Shown here: positions 46,801 through 53,300 of the stretch, one piece after another | How the letters are laid out: each line of letters begins with the position of its first letter | How positions within the stretch are numbered: the stretch's first letter is position 1 | IMG/VR virus record: IMGVR_UViG_3300011113_000640 | Span: 186,001-250,000 of that record | Length of the DNA stretch: 64,000 nt | Reading direction: 5' to 3' (one strand) | Made by a program: the position numbers and the translations under genes | Notes under the pieces: model-generated | What the model was told of the DNA's origin: nothing | What the model saw: the letters and a program-made list of their open reading frames with translations, nothing else | The model's database searches: none

Positions 46801-49648
46801 CAAATATGACCGATATCAGTATGCCAGCACTATACAAGCCTGGCAGGCCAACTTGGTTTATGCGGCCGGTGATCGTGTGAGATACAACAATCTTGTGTGG
46901 AGTAGCGACACCACCCAGTCCTCATCCACTTTTGTACTGGCTGATTGGACCTTGGTACCTGCAGATGAACTCAGTGGTGTGGATCGTACCATGGGATATT
47001 ACACACCCACTGTCAGCATGCCTGGGCTGAGCCTGCCCTTGTTGATCACTGGAGTGGAATATCCCGGAGTGCAGGTACAAGCACCCGGATTCAATCAGAA
47101 CACTGGATTTGATGTAGGTAACTTTGACATCAATCCATTCGACAACATCACTGTTGGACCTGAAGGTCGTCCAACCTATAGCTACAGCATACTGGATGCT
47201 AGATACATGAGTTCATATCTGGACACATATCTAGGCACCCGCCCCTCAGACATCAATGTAGATGGCGGCGGCTACATAGATACCTACAGCAGTTATGCTC
47301 CAGAAGAGCTGATTCCTGGCAGCGAGTTTGACACCCTGGACCTGCGTGTTTACACCACACCTGGCACAGATTGGACCGGCGGAGGACACGGATTCCCAGC
47401 TGGCAATCGTAGATATGTGTATGAAAGTGCCAATCCTACTGTGAGTTTCGCAGGCATCGTTGATTACCCATTTACTGTGCAAATATTTAATGCCACCCTG
47501 GGCATAGCAATAGAACCTGTGAGCTATGATTGGGCCAATTACGAGGTCACTCTAGGGCTTACTGAAACCGACGGCGACACAATCAACATTTATGTAACCG
47601 GTGTAGGCGGGGGTAATCAACTGTATCTCAATACCTATTTAGGCAACACCATTGGCGATACTGTAGTTGTACCATTTCCTTACGATGCCATTTATGAATT
47701 CTTGATCTACAATGGCGAACAGCGCCTTGAACCCGGAACTGATTACACCTGGGCTGAGGAAACATCAACAAGCACTCGAGTAACATTTACCTCTACTTAT
47801 GGTGCCACCGATCGAATAAATCTCTTGGCCTTGGGATATGCTCCAAACAATCAAACTACTCGCAGCTGGAGCCTGCCTGTTTTCCAAACTGAAACGTCAG
47901 ATGGCTCATTGAGCATACCAGTAACAAACAGCCTACAGGGCACCAATCCTGCCAACATGATAGTGACCAGCAATGGCGCCAGATTAAGGCCACCCGAGGA
48001 TGCGAAATACACAGCCGACGGATCAACTGTATTGTTTGCCTTGCCCGCCGATGGTGGCTATAGTCCAGGTTTGATTTCCGACAACGATGTCACAGTTTAT
48101 GTAAACAATCAATTGATAGTGCAGAATATTGATTATGTGGTGGATGCCTACGATGGCTCAACCGCCAGAACTATAACTTTTTTCACAGCTCCCAGCGCAG
48201 GAAGCCAGGTGTTGATTTCAGTGCGTACTGCAGCAGAATATTGGGTGCTTGACACAGACCTGGTATTCCAACCAGCCAATGGATACACACCTGCTCCAGG
48301 AGATATCATTGATATAGTGACCTGGAATGACACCAGTGAACAAGACATATTAACACAGGTGTTTGTGGGCCCCGGTGCCTTGCCCAACAATACCTATGAC
48401 ACGGGTCGACTCATTGAAAATCCTGACAGACTGTTGGTCACCCTAGACGGCGAGTGGTTATTTGCTGGATTGAATTATACAGTGTTGGATGGAACCAAGA
48501 TCAGTATTGCCGAACCTGTGTCTGGCAGTTCGGTCATAGCTGTGACCAATTTCACACAGAGTGTGGTTCCGGGTGCCATGGCCTTCCGCATATTCCAAGA
48601 CATGCGTGGGGTGCAGGCCACATACAGGATTACCGCTGACACTACCACGGTCACAACTGCTCCTGTGGCCATAACCGATGACGTAATTTATGTGGCTAAT
48701 GCTGCCGCACTGCCAGAACCAAATTTTGCCAACAACAACAATATCTGGGGCATGATAACCATTGGTGCTGAACGCATCATGTATCGCGATAGAGATTTGA
48801 TAGCCAACACAGTCAGTGGTCTGCTGAGAGGCACAGCAGGCACAGCTATAACCACACATCTATCTGGAGCCACAGTTTACAACATAGGTACAGGCAATTT
48901 ACTACCAGCAGAATATCAAGATTACATTGACATCAATACGTTCACTGGTGACAACACCACCACAGAATTTACCACAGACATCGTGGTCGACAATCGGCCA
49001 CTGGTGTATATTGGTGGCACGGTGTCTGTGTCTATAAACGGAACACTGCAACCTGCCAACAGTTACACTATCACACAGGTTGAGCCAGTGGCTGTTAGCT
49101 TCACCGTGCCGCCGGCGCAGGGATCCAGTGTTCTGATCACCATAACCTATCTGGATTTGACCACAGACAGCGAATTGTTTACCGCCACTGGAAGCCAGGT
49201 TATAACCACAACCATGCCTATTGGTTTGGTCGAGCAGACCTCCAGCGCTTATGTGATCGACAGCTTTGATCCTGTGATAATCACGTTTGACACACCACCA
49301 CCAGCACAGCACGTGGTTTATATCCGTAATCAACGCGGTGCTGAAAATGAATTTGATTTTAGCATAGCCAATGGCACAGCAACCACATTCAATACCAACA
49401 TAAACCTTACCATACCTGTGCGTGTTTATGTGGCAGGAATTGAACAAGATCCCAGCACGTATCAGGTCACATCATTGGATCCGGTAACAGTGCTGTTTGA
49501 CACTGCGCCGCCAAGTTCAGTAGAAATAGCTATATTTGTAAGATTAGGAGTGACCTGGTATGCACCTGGAGCTGGTACGCCCAGCAATGGAGTACCCTTG
49601 CAAGATACCAACACACCGGCAGCAAGGTTTTTACGGGGCTTGATTTAA
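34883..49648 (+). CDS. Giant (4921 aa) baseplate/adsorption structural protein, gp7-like position
   Basis: Uninterrupted ORF after gp6. Contains FG-GAP-like repeats, CBM5/12-like W...Y..G..V.Y modules, Ig-like repeats and an EVKPYH motif. Confidence 0.85.
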   Translation: MAKQVRSVDFLPEIFQTPINKQFLSATLDQLIQNPEFSQTQGFVGRRIGPGVNANDYYVIEPTKTRTDYQLEPGVVQVDPDNIQQVVDAITYPGINDGLGTQGAYTNNADRLYTSDYYTWDPFVDFDKFVNYAQYYWLPGGPLPVDVSSTEIPLTDTFTVTRANGAYTITGATGTNPEITLARGGSYEFKVAQNAQETETFSVRNADTSNWNIDFQANPTLTLTRGNTYVFNLTQTFPWSFWIKTEATLGTTNIYDPTLPNGIKAISNNGAGTGLITFTVPQTAPDTLYYANDVEFNLRGQINVIDATPGTGAGFWIQTDPGVNGRIPSTPNISSRLGTEQGVINNGEDLGTITFNVPAVTAQDFYFNMPNIGLVDVVTDLGFNDINGVYLDDFFAAYPTGIDGTTSLQNLTLVFLSQDANPTPANLYDLWRIQYLTDVNGTYFNLQYVESIDVENKFVVGFGEVTSNTSWYKTTDGWFEQIPLLTADRDVLFYQDGTDPGIFGRIRLVDAVGSPLPVNEIIGAKNYTSPNGVAFSNGMKVVFRGPVTPASYQNNEYYVEGVGTAIQLLLTDEFVTPETYTQSALVPYDTTPYDTDPFDDSLNQPLVPDYLTINRASPDLNAWTRSNRWFHIDVINASAAYNNFVPTLDNRFRARRPILEFRAGTRLYNSGTQGLPPVNLVDLVTTDALSTVNGSLGYSSDGYTLLDGSTVIFAADTDPEVRNKVYQVQFVTVDTNAEDSTIVDVPVIVLTPIATAQVDNTVVCLDGIEYQGFTYYYDGAEWVEAQLKISVNQPPLFDVYDTNGISFGNQTIYPSSNFTGSPLFSYAIGDAEPDLVLGFPLTYLSLTNIGDIVFDNNLYKDSFSYTVNSQGQSVPISTGFVRQYSDRLNYQRELGWQTGITSSLVRQQFRFVYDGAPLLLDVAVTTDNTVPAVQIFINGLFVESNNYTYTIGTNTTTINFSTTYVPSDVIEVSVLSDQISVQGFYQVPMNLSNNPLNGNSDQFTLGTIRNHYSTIGQNLVDLTGPVIGANNSRDLGNIVPYGLQILQQSSPLTLTGYFMRDRSYNIFASLAYNSGEYVSFKEQLLSAVSTFGIADYGNWSTATLLDNCIAKITSGRTNLNSFYWSDMLPTGTTFVSNSYTVNPITTNRFNLIQSYDFTTSNYQGLCVYINNVILVRGRDYVVSTEGPTLTITVTLNIGDVVVINEYTDTAGNFVPNTPTKLGLYPKYEPRYFYDTNYVNPTWVIQGHDGSITVAFGTPTEPDPRDAVLLEFETRIYSNLKNDGNPPPLVAEDVIPGYFRTTDYTAAETTTILGESFLTWVGANKLDYTQQTYQVTNEFTYNYSQAANRLDNQPLLGAWRGIYRYFYDTLTPNSTPWEMLGFSEQPIWWEDQYGPAPYTSDNLVLWGDLEAGLVNDPVAPYVIPKYRRPGLTSVIPVDDQGQLLPPFYSVMGAYNPQGFQKSWQVGDGGPVEASWWQSSNYPFAVMRLLLLTRPAQFFSLFADRDLYRYDVEFDQYLYNGRYRLRPQDIQVYGNGVSKASYINWIVDYNQQWAVNSTSALTTDLSNIDVRLCYRFASFVTGSNLRLFLEKGAPQSENDSLLIPPESYNLFVYKNQPANRLNYSAVVVEIVEGGYSVYGYSTTDPYFSIYSSRTAGTGQTISAGGYSVTVPAEYSSTVIEIPYGYTFTSRASVVDFLLSYGKYLEGQGLSFVVQENGYTLNWAQMAQEFLYYAGQGWTTGTIINLNPSATQIQALKPGAVVDSLQTYTPENLIQDQNRRELPAKNLIIYRQDNTFQLNPDPAGNQTVSYLQLQFTDLEDILILNNRTIFNDLIYDTVTAERQQRLRLAATTSTQWNGTLNAQGFILNQNNVVAWQPNEKYTKGEIVLYKNNYWQAAALVQPKEKFEYSDWYKSNFDRIQQGLLQNLATKADQLANSYNTQTANLNRDNDLLAYGLIGFQPRQYMIDLNLTDTSQVGLYQQFIKTMGSRRATQLLTQANLNPLTAQYNIYETWGILVGTYGAQANRSWFEVDLDEALLSGNPSTFQIIEPGQTTEANQAILLQNLWAESYAIPNTNILPTTYSRNLDTALPSAGYVNVNDVDITVFNLNDPTNIAANLSRIGLGTRIWVAQDNSYDWNIYQCAQVPGRLTSISDNLNGTSRATFSSQISLVRGDLIIIRYFSDLVDGVYRVLSVPNINSVVIEYAFVNTNQTTLTGTGLAFYLQTMRVAQASDVITLPYANQLIPGAQVWVDDNGSGHWTVLEKTDPFQPTQALTNPNQGVNSRFGASVAQSSNHFSMVAGAPNDESGDGAVYTYRINLFNQYVENVILFLIATGAAGYGNSVDFGDRTWAVAGASASNGGTGYVTPIYLVPGSNTFLQTQLLVAPDPDYSTISEFGAAVKLSGDERWLYVGAPATNTVYAYARVDIPQQSATYTANGTTQSFNWSNTIQIDYTKPDQMIVVVNNTVQQYGTDYTLTNNLVSFSSVPTLNNQIKFTRRTFKQLDSNTYLNVTQNSATGSGSGARFTVTNTRGDYQVSITAPGTSYAPGDQLTISYTQVDPIGSAANNLIITVVSVVSGGITGFTTAGSGVGNTAVFDLSDSLYTATNIWSFTVTVNGVLQRPYLDYTFAGTTITFVTVPPAEAVIYVDSASQGAYWQYVDQMQVAGIDANATLGASITTDGLGRQILLGAPQASADDAEGDPIANAGAVYAFDRSVYRYIVDNSTQLTYAIPGTLTGPIAVRLNSQYLTNSAQYINGEFTVSGSNVVLSSSVALTVGDFLEIETNQFQQLQKFASNTVIDESQFGASLDICSNSCSLYVGAPKDTYASEVIQSGMVQRQVNQSRIYGIISSTIANPSLTSGDTIRINLELVAVPASPNNTVAGLADAINSSGIPNVRATPTADVYYIGDGNTKIYSIGNMYSAAESYTSVVYVNDVLQTQGVNYTYNNTTQEISFVTAPALDASIQIVSGRLVLTVINAAAAVEFDKLTVLPGTSGTAFDDLGFVTYAYTQTIVSPNPTDYANFGTSLSVNTGAVNLVVGAPNGDVYEPVIFDNGNTYFDDRSTTFFDYTVNSGVVYTYDFLPSATTSLANPGKFVFGQQVYVDNMAALDQFGFSVNYRSGRLTVGSPGADFGDSTANYGGVYVLDNADNDSVWKPIYTQLPVVDVDLLNSVYSYNKFLGSTQTYFDYIDPLQGKILGVARRNIDYIGAVDPASYNAGPVHNIGTSWGAANVGEIWWDTNTVRFIDANQDNLVYASRQWGQVFPGSVIDIYQWTASDTAPANYTGPGVPLSTVSYTVRSALNDQGIIVTTYYFWVKGITTTAAQYGKTLSPVAIASYILNPISSGLPYIAAINANSVALYNAAGLLSANDTILHVEYDRQAAGGGNDIHTEYEFIGQGKANDFLNPNLYRKYLDSFCGVTTSGAAVPDPLLSPGMRYGLQFRPRQSMFVDRFQALENYLSYCNKILAQYPITEIRTFNLLNSQEPTPAANSGAWDYQVPNLTILSYQNLNTVPLGYLYLVDSDSGQDGRWTIYEVQATSTPGQRTLALVRVQNYDTPLYWNYIDWYLPGYNNTIQPVATVTNTAGLQTLSLDTAPIGSSVKISNNGQGKFEVYLRVAADPVTGWQRVGLEDGTIAISEVIWNYPAGGFGFDAEVFDAQYFDQEPVIETRYILRAINEELFTGDLLIFRNEALMLMFQFIYTEQASPSWLIKTSYIEVDHVVRGLYPYELYQPDNQTFVEDYLTEVKPYHVQTLNFNLIYEGLDTYPGGIADFDVPAYWLPGPALPQFVSPVLTPYTYSDSVVQSLVSDAATDAQVWLTWPYSNWFNNYSLSLDSVTVYDTTTVYADIPVITIGRDWQANTAYALGQQVSYGTNLYTVAQAGTTGDSAPTFTNGNKANGSATLTYAGLRAQGTAILFANGTISHVTVTQPGNGYLLTPDIGINGVFPNFAAGTFDGAVAKLLAVMGNNLVRDFSTVIKYDRYQYASTIQAWQANLVYAAGDRVRYNNLVWSSDTTQSSSTFVLADWTLVPADELSGVDRTMGYYTPTVSMPGLSLPLLITGVEYPGVQVQAPGFNQNTGFDVGNFDINPFDNITVGPEGRPTYSYSILDARYMSSYLDTYLGTRPSDINVDGGGYIDTYSSYAPEELIPGSEFDTLDLRVYTTPGTDWTGGGHGFPAGNRRYVYESANPTVSFAGIVDYPFTVQIFNATLGIAIEPVSYDWANYEVTLGLTETDGDTINIYVTGVGGGNQLYLNTYLGNTIGDTVVVPFPYDAIYEFLIYNGEQRLEPGTDYTWAEETSTSTRVTFTSTYGATDRINLLALGYAPNNQTTRSWSLPVFQTETSDGSLSIPVTNSLQGTNPANMIVTSNGARLRPPEDAKYTADGSTVLFALPADGGYSPGLISDNDVTVYVNNQLIVQNIDYVVDAYDGSTARTITFFTAPSAGSQVLISVRTAAEYWVLDTDLVFQPANGYTPAPGDIIDIVTWNDTSEQDILTQVFVGPGALPNNTYDTGRLIENPDRLLVTLDGEWLFAGLNYTVLDGTKISIAEPVSGSSVIAVTNFTQSVVPGAMAFRIFQDMRGVQATYRITADTTTVTTAPVAITDDVIYVANAAALPEPNFANNNNIWGMITIGAERIMYRDRDLIANTVSGLLRGTAGTAITTHLSGATVYNIGTGNLLPAEYQDYIDINTFTGDNTTTEFTTDIVVDNRPLVYIGGTVSVSINGTLQPANSYTITQVEPVAVSFTVPPAQGSSVLITITYLDLTTDSELFTATGSQVITTTMPIGLVEQTSSAYVIDSFDPVIITFDTPPPAQHVVYIRNQRGAENEFDFSIANGTATTFNTNINLTIPVRVYVAGIEQDPSTYQVTSLDPVTVLFDTAPPSSVEIAIFVRLGVTWYAPGAGTPSNGVPLQDTNTPAARFLRGLI

Positions 49649-49660
49649 GGTAAATACTTC

Positions 49661-49804
49661 ATGACGCAAAATAACAAACCAACTGATCACACAACCAAAC
49701 CCAGCAACAAGCGGCCCAACGAAACTGGCACCGTTAGAGTTGAAGGATTTGTGAGAATTTTTGATCCAAAAACCCAACAAGTATTTGTGGAGAAACGAGC
49801 ATGA
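49661..49804 (+). CDS. Small 47-aa protein (MTQNNKP...VEGFVRIFDPKTQQVFVEKRA)
   Basis: Translated by hand. TAAATA (49651-56) lies 4 nt upstream and there is an ATGA overlap with the next gene. Similar to the N-terminus of the next protein. Confidence 0.7.
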   Translation: MTQNNKPTDHTTKPSNKRPNETGTVRVEGFVRIFDPKTQQVFVEKRA

Positions 49805-50418
49805 TCCAGCCTGGACTTTGTCGCATCGAAGGCTTTGTGAAAATATCTGACCCAAACACGGGTGAAATTTTGGTTGACAAAAAGAATGCCATACATTACG
49901 AGAATATTTCAATTGCCATGGCCGAAACTCTCAGCAACAGAACCAGTGCGCAGGGCGGAGGCTGGATCTATGAAATGGCCTTTGGCAACGGCGGCAGCGC
50001 TGTGGATCCAACTGGTGTAATAACTTATCTACCACCCAACACAACTGGAGCCAATGCCAGTCTTTACAATCAAACTTATCAAAAAGTCGTGGACGACAAT
50101 TCAGCGTCCAACACAGATCCAGCCAACAACTACATGACCGTGGTTCATACTTCGGGTGCGGTTTATACCGATATCATCACCACCTGTTTGCTGGACTACG
50201 GTGAGCCCTTGGGCCAGCAGGCCTTTGACAACAGCACAAATTTCAACGGTGAGTACGTGTTTGATGAACTGGGTCTTAAAGCCTGGAACGGCAGTGCTTC
50301 AAATCTGTTGCTGATCACGCATGTGATTTTCCATCCAGTACAAAAGAGCTTGAATCGCCAGATACAGATAGATTATACCCTGCGTATACAGACACTTACA
50401 AACTTGAGTGCCGCATAA
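49801..50418 (+). CDS. Virion structural protein (baseplate/fibre attachment)
   Basis: NAIHYEN, MAFGNGG, CLLDYGEP, FDELGL, THVIFHPVQKSLNR. Structural gene context. Confidence 0.7.
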   Translation: MIQPGLCRIEGFVKISDPNTGEILVDKKNAIHYENISIAMAETLSNRTSAQGGGWIYEMAFGNGGSAVDPTGVITYLPPNTTGANASLYNQTYQKVVDDNSASNTDPANNYMTVVHTSGAVYTDIITTCLLDYGEPLGQQAFDNSTNFNGEYVFDELGLKAWNGSASNLLLITHVIFHPVQKSLNRQIQIDYTLRIQTLTNLSAA

Positions 50419-50446
50419 ATATATGCAGATAATAGAGCGATAAATA
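50416..50446 (+). promoter_or_regulatory. Tandem late promoter motifs (ATAAATA x2)
   Basis: TAAATA at 50416 and 50441, with a GGAG SD before ATG 50466. Confidence 0.55.
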
Positions 50447-50465
50447 TAGGATAATGGAGTAAACA

Positions 50466-51869
50466 ATGGCATATACAATTAGTCTAACCGATGGCAACGT
50501 GTTTGCTACCATAGCCGACGGCACCATCAACACAGCCAGTTCCATGGTGCTGGTTGGTAGAAACTACGCTGGATACGGACAGTTTTTAGACACTAATTTT
50601 ATACACTTGTTGGAAAATTCCAGCAATACAACAGCACCCGGCGCACCACTTACTGGTCAACTATGGTGGGATTCAGGCAATGGCCTGCTCAAGGTCTACA
50701 ACGGAAGCACATTCAAAACAGTTTCGGCAGCCACGGCCAGCAGTTCAGCTCCCAGCGGTGCCAACAGCGTCGTGGGCGATCTTTGGTATGACACTGTCAA
50801 TGCACAGTTAAATGTCTACACCGGCGCAACTTGGTTGTTGGTAGGTCCACAAAGCACATCAGGACAAGGCACTTCGGGTGCGATCGTTTCCACGGTCACA
50901 GACAATCTCAGTGTGAATCACGTTGTGGTCCAACTCTGGGTCAACAACAGCATTGTGGGCATGATCAGCAAAGATGCCACTTTTGTGCCTGGTACAGCTA
51001 TCGGCGGAGGATGGGGCATACAAGCGGTCAGTCCAGGTATAACCTTGGCCACCACAGTGGGCACACAGACACCATTGTTCAATGGCACAGCCACTGTGGC
51101 TCAAAGTTTGTTGGGATTCAATCCTTCGGCATTCATGCAGACCGGCAACAACACCGGCACCACAGGCACTCTCAGCGTGACCAACAACACTGGTTTGTTT
51201 GTGGGCCTCAACAGCGATTTCCGTGCATTTATTTCGGGCACGCAAGTCAACCTACAGAATCAAACCACCAATGGCAATCTTGTTATTGGTGTATCTAACT
51301 TTGCCAACTCCATACAAGTCAATGGCACAACCGGGGTGGTCACTATTCCAAGCCTGTCATTCTCAGCATTTGGTGACATAACGGTTGGTAATGTTATAAA
51401 TGCCAATGGTAATGGCGTAGGCAACATCGGTAATTCAACAGGCTACTTTAATACTATATTTGCCCAGGCCACTAGTGCCCAGTACGCAGACGTGGCTGAA
51501 AGATTTGCCTCAGACCAAGAATATCCAGCTGGCACTGTGGTGGAACTGGGCGGCACAGCCGAAATTACCAGTAGTAAGCAGGATTTGAGCGATAATGTGT
51601 TTGGAGTCATAAGTACACGTGCAGCCTATCTAATGAACAGTGCAGCAGGAAATGATCAAACTCATCCTCCTGTGGCTATCACAGGCCGTGTGCCAGTTAG
51701 AGTGATTGGCAGTGTTAAAAAGGGAGATAGATTGGTTGGTGCAGGCGGCGGGTTGGCTCGAGCAGCCAAGGCAGGAGAAATTACTGCTTTCAATGTGATT
51801 GGACGAGCATTGCATGACAAATCGGATGATGGACTAGGCTCAATAGAAGCCATTGTAATGATTAAATAG
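50466..51869 (+). CDS. Tail fibre protein with a C-terminal autocleaving chaperone-like (peptidase G2/S74-type) domain
   Basis: LVGRNYAGYG, GQLWWD/GDLWYD repeats, ATSAQYADVAERF...PVAITGRVPVRVIG..KGDRLV. Confidence 0.8.
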   Translation: MAYTISLTDGNVFATIADGTINTASSMVLVGRNYAGYGQFLDTNFIHLLENSSNTTAPGAPLTGQLWWDSGNGLLKVYNGSTFKTVSAATASSSAPSGANSVVGDLWYDTVNAQLNVYTGATWLLVGPQSTSGQGTSGAIVSTVTDNLSVNHVVVQLWVNNSIVGMISKDATFVPGTAIGGGWGIQAVSPGITLATTVGTQTPLFNGTATVAQSLLGFNPSAFMQTGNNTGTTGTLSVTNNTGLFVGLNSDFRAFISGTQVNLQNQTTNGNLVIGVSNFANSIQVNGTTGVVTIPSLSFSAFGDITVGNVINANGNGVGNIGNSTGYFNTIFAQATSAQYADVAERFASDQEYPAGTVVELGGTAEITSSKQDLSDNVFGVISTRAAYLMNSAAGNDQTHPPVAITGRVPVRVIGSVKKGDRLVGAGGGLARAAKAGEITAFNVIGRALHDKSDDGLGSIEAIVMIK

Positions 51870-51903
51870 AGGACAAAATCACCCAGCGATCGGCAACGAT
51901 TGC
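51863..51903 (+). promoter_or_regulatory. Late motif TAAATA followed by a GCAA-tetraloop leader hairpin
   Basis: TAAATA at 51863-68; GCGATCG-GCAA-CGATTGC at 51886-51903. Confidence 0.5.
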
Positions 51904-51942
51904 GTTGAGATTGATCAACTAATACAAAGGGAAAAAAGTAAA

Positions 51943-52926
51943 ATGACATATTCAGTTGGCGGACTAATAGAAGCAACAGACTATAACGGGTTTGTTAGCA
52001 CCACAGCAAATGCAAATATCAATGCTACCTGGAACAGCACCTATGGCCAAACTGCATTGAGCACTGTCAGCGCCGGCGGGGTAGTAACAGCCACACAATG
52101 GTCCACATTGAACTCGACCATTTCTACCATGGCCAGCCATCAGAATACCACAATTACTAGTAGGACCAACCCAACTGCAGGTAATACCATCACCATATTG
52201 AACAACGTCAACACCGACATTGGCAGTTGCTATACACGACGTTTTTTTGCAGCTGGCAGTGGTGCTCAATTCACAGGTTGGACCGGAACTGCCAGCCAGA
52301 CCAGCAAGGTTGGAGACACCAATACCAACTGGACAATCACGTTCACAGACACCATTACCTTTGCCAACGCCACGGCCTGTACCAACTTTTTTGGCGCCGG
52401 TGGCTTGATCAAGACTGAATTCAGCAAGACCAGCACCGGTGAAGATGCCGATCCAGAGTGGAACAACCTGGTCAATTCCATCTGCGGAGACGTGTATTTT
52501 TCTTCTGATGCATCCAGCAAGACCATAGCAGGCACGTCATACACAGGAACCACGGTCATTGGTGGCTCAGGAACACCATCCACTTTGGCCACTGGCACAG
52601 GATTCAATCAACTGTCTACCGGCGTGCCGGTAACCATCTACAAACAGTTTGATACGGCTTATACCTATACCACCAACTATGTTGAAGTCATTGTTACCAA
52701 AACTTCAGCCACAGTGTTGACCTTTACCACAAACTGGTTCTCGGCGGCACGAAGCACATCTGGAAGCAGCCGAAGCATTTCAGGCGGTACAGCCACAACA
52801 GGCATCACGTTTGGAACAGCTCCTACCACGGTGGTTACATATTTCCCACCATCAACATCTTTCTTGACCAACACCTGGGGTGCACCCACAGTGGCCAGCA
52901 CAGTCAGCGCAACACCTTACAGTTAA
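51943..52926 (+). CDS. Thr/Ser-rich virion structural protein
   Basis: MTYSVGGLIEATDYN, YGQTAL, NFFGAGG. Follows the tail-fibre gene. Confidence 0.7.
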   Translation: MTYSVGGLIEATDYNGFVSTTANANINATWNSTYGQTALSTVSAGGVVTATQWSTLNSTISTMASHQNTTITSRTNPTAGNTITILNNVNTDIGSCYTRRFFAAGSGAQFTGWTGTASQTSKVGDTNTNWTITFTDTITFANATACTNFFGAGGLIKTEFSKTSTGEDADPEWNNLVNSICGDVYFSSDASSKTIAGTSYTGTTVIGGSGTPSTLATGTGFNQLSTGVPVTIYKQFDTAYTYTTNYVEVIVTKTSATVLTFTTNWFSAARSTSGSSRSISGGTATTGITFGTAPTTVVTYFPPSTSFLTNTWGAPTVASTVSATPYS

Positions 52927-52945
52927 AGCAATCCAATTTGCTCAA

Positions 52946-52965
52946 AAAGGGGCTTCGGCCCCTTT
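52946..52965 (+). terminator. Rho-independent terminator ending the tail operon
   Basis: AAAGGGGC-TTCG-GCCCCTTT with a cUUCGg loop. Confidence 0.8.
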
Positions 52966-52991
52966 ACCTTATCTAGTTTTTGCTGTATAAT
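52963..52991 (+). promoter_or_regulatory. sigma70-type promoter for the glycosyltransferase/radical SAM operon
   Basis: TTTACC-17 nt-TATAAT. ATG 52998 sits at the expected +1, implying a leaderless transcript. Confidence 0.65.
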
Positions 52992-52997
52992 ATCTAC

Positions 52998-53300
52998 ATG
53001 GATACCAACGAACTCATCTCCCACAGCCGCGCCCGTTTCGATCATCACCAAGCACGCCAGGTATTGAAAGAAAAATATCAAGCTAAATTTGTTTTTGCCC
53101 ATGCTGGCGGCATGTGGCAAGCTGGCCCAGAATTATTGACCTTGTTGAAATGTTGTTCAGGCCCAGTGGTCATTTTGGACCTGTATGAAACACCTGTGCA
53201 AGTCAACGCCGAAGAATTTTATGAACAAGTTTTACAACGCTGGCAAGAACAACTCAATGCCTGGTTGGTAGAATATCAGGAAATGAACAAAAATAGATGA
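52998..53300 (+). CDS. Hypothetical protein
   Basis: Start moved to MDTNELISH. ATGA-coupled to the next gene. Confidence 0.7.
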   Translation: MDTNELISHSRARFDHHQARQVLKEKYQAKFVFAHAGGMWQAGPELLTLLKCCSGPVVILDLYETPVQVNAEEFYEQVLQRWQEQLNAWLVEYQEMNKNR

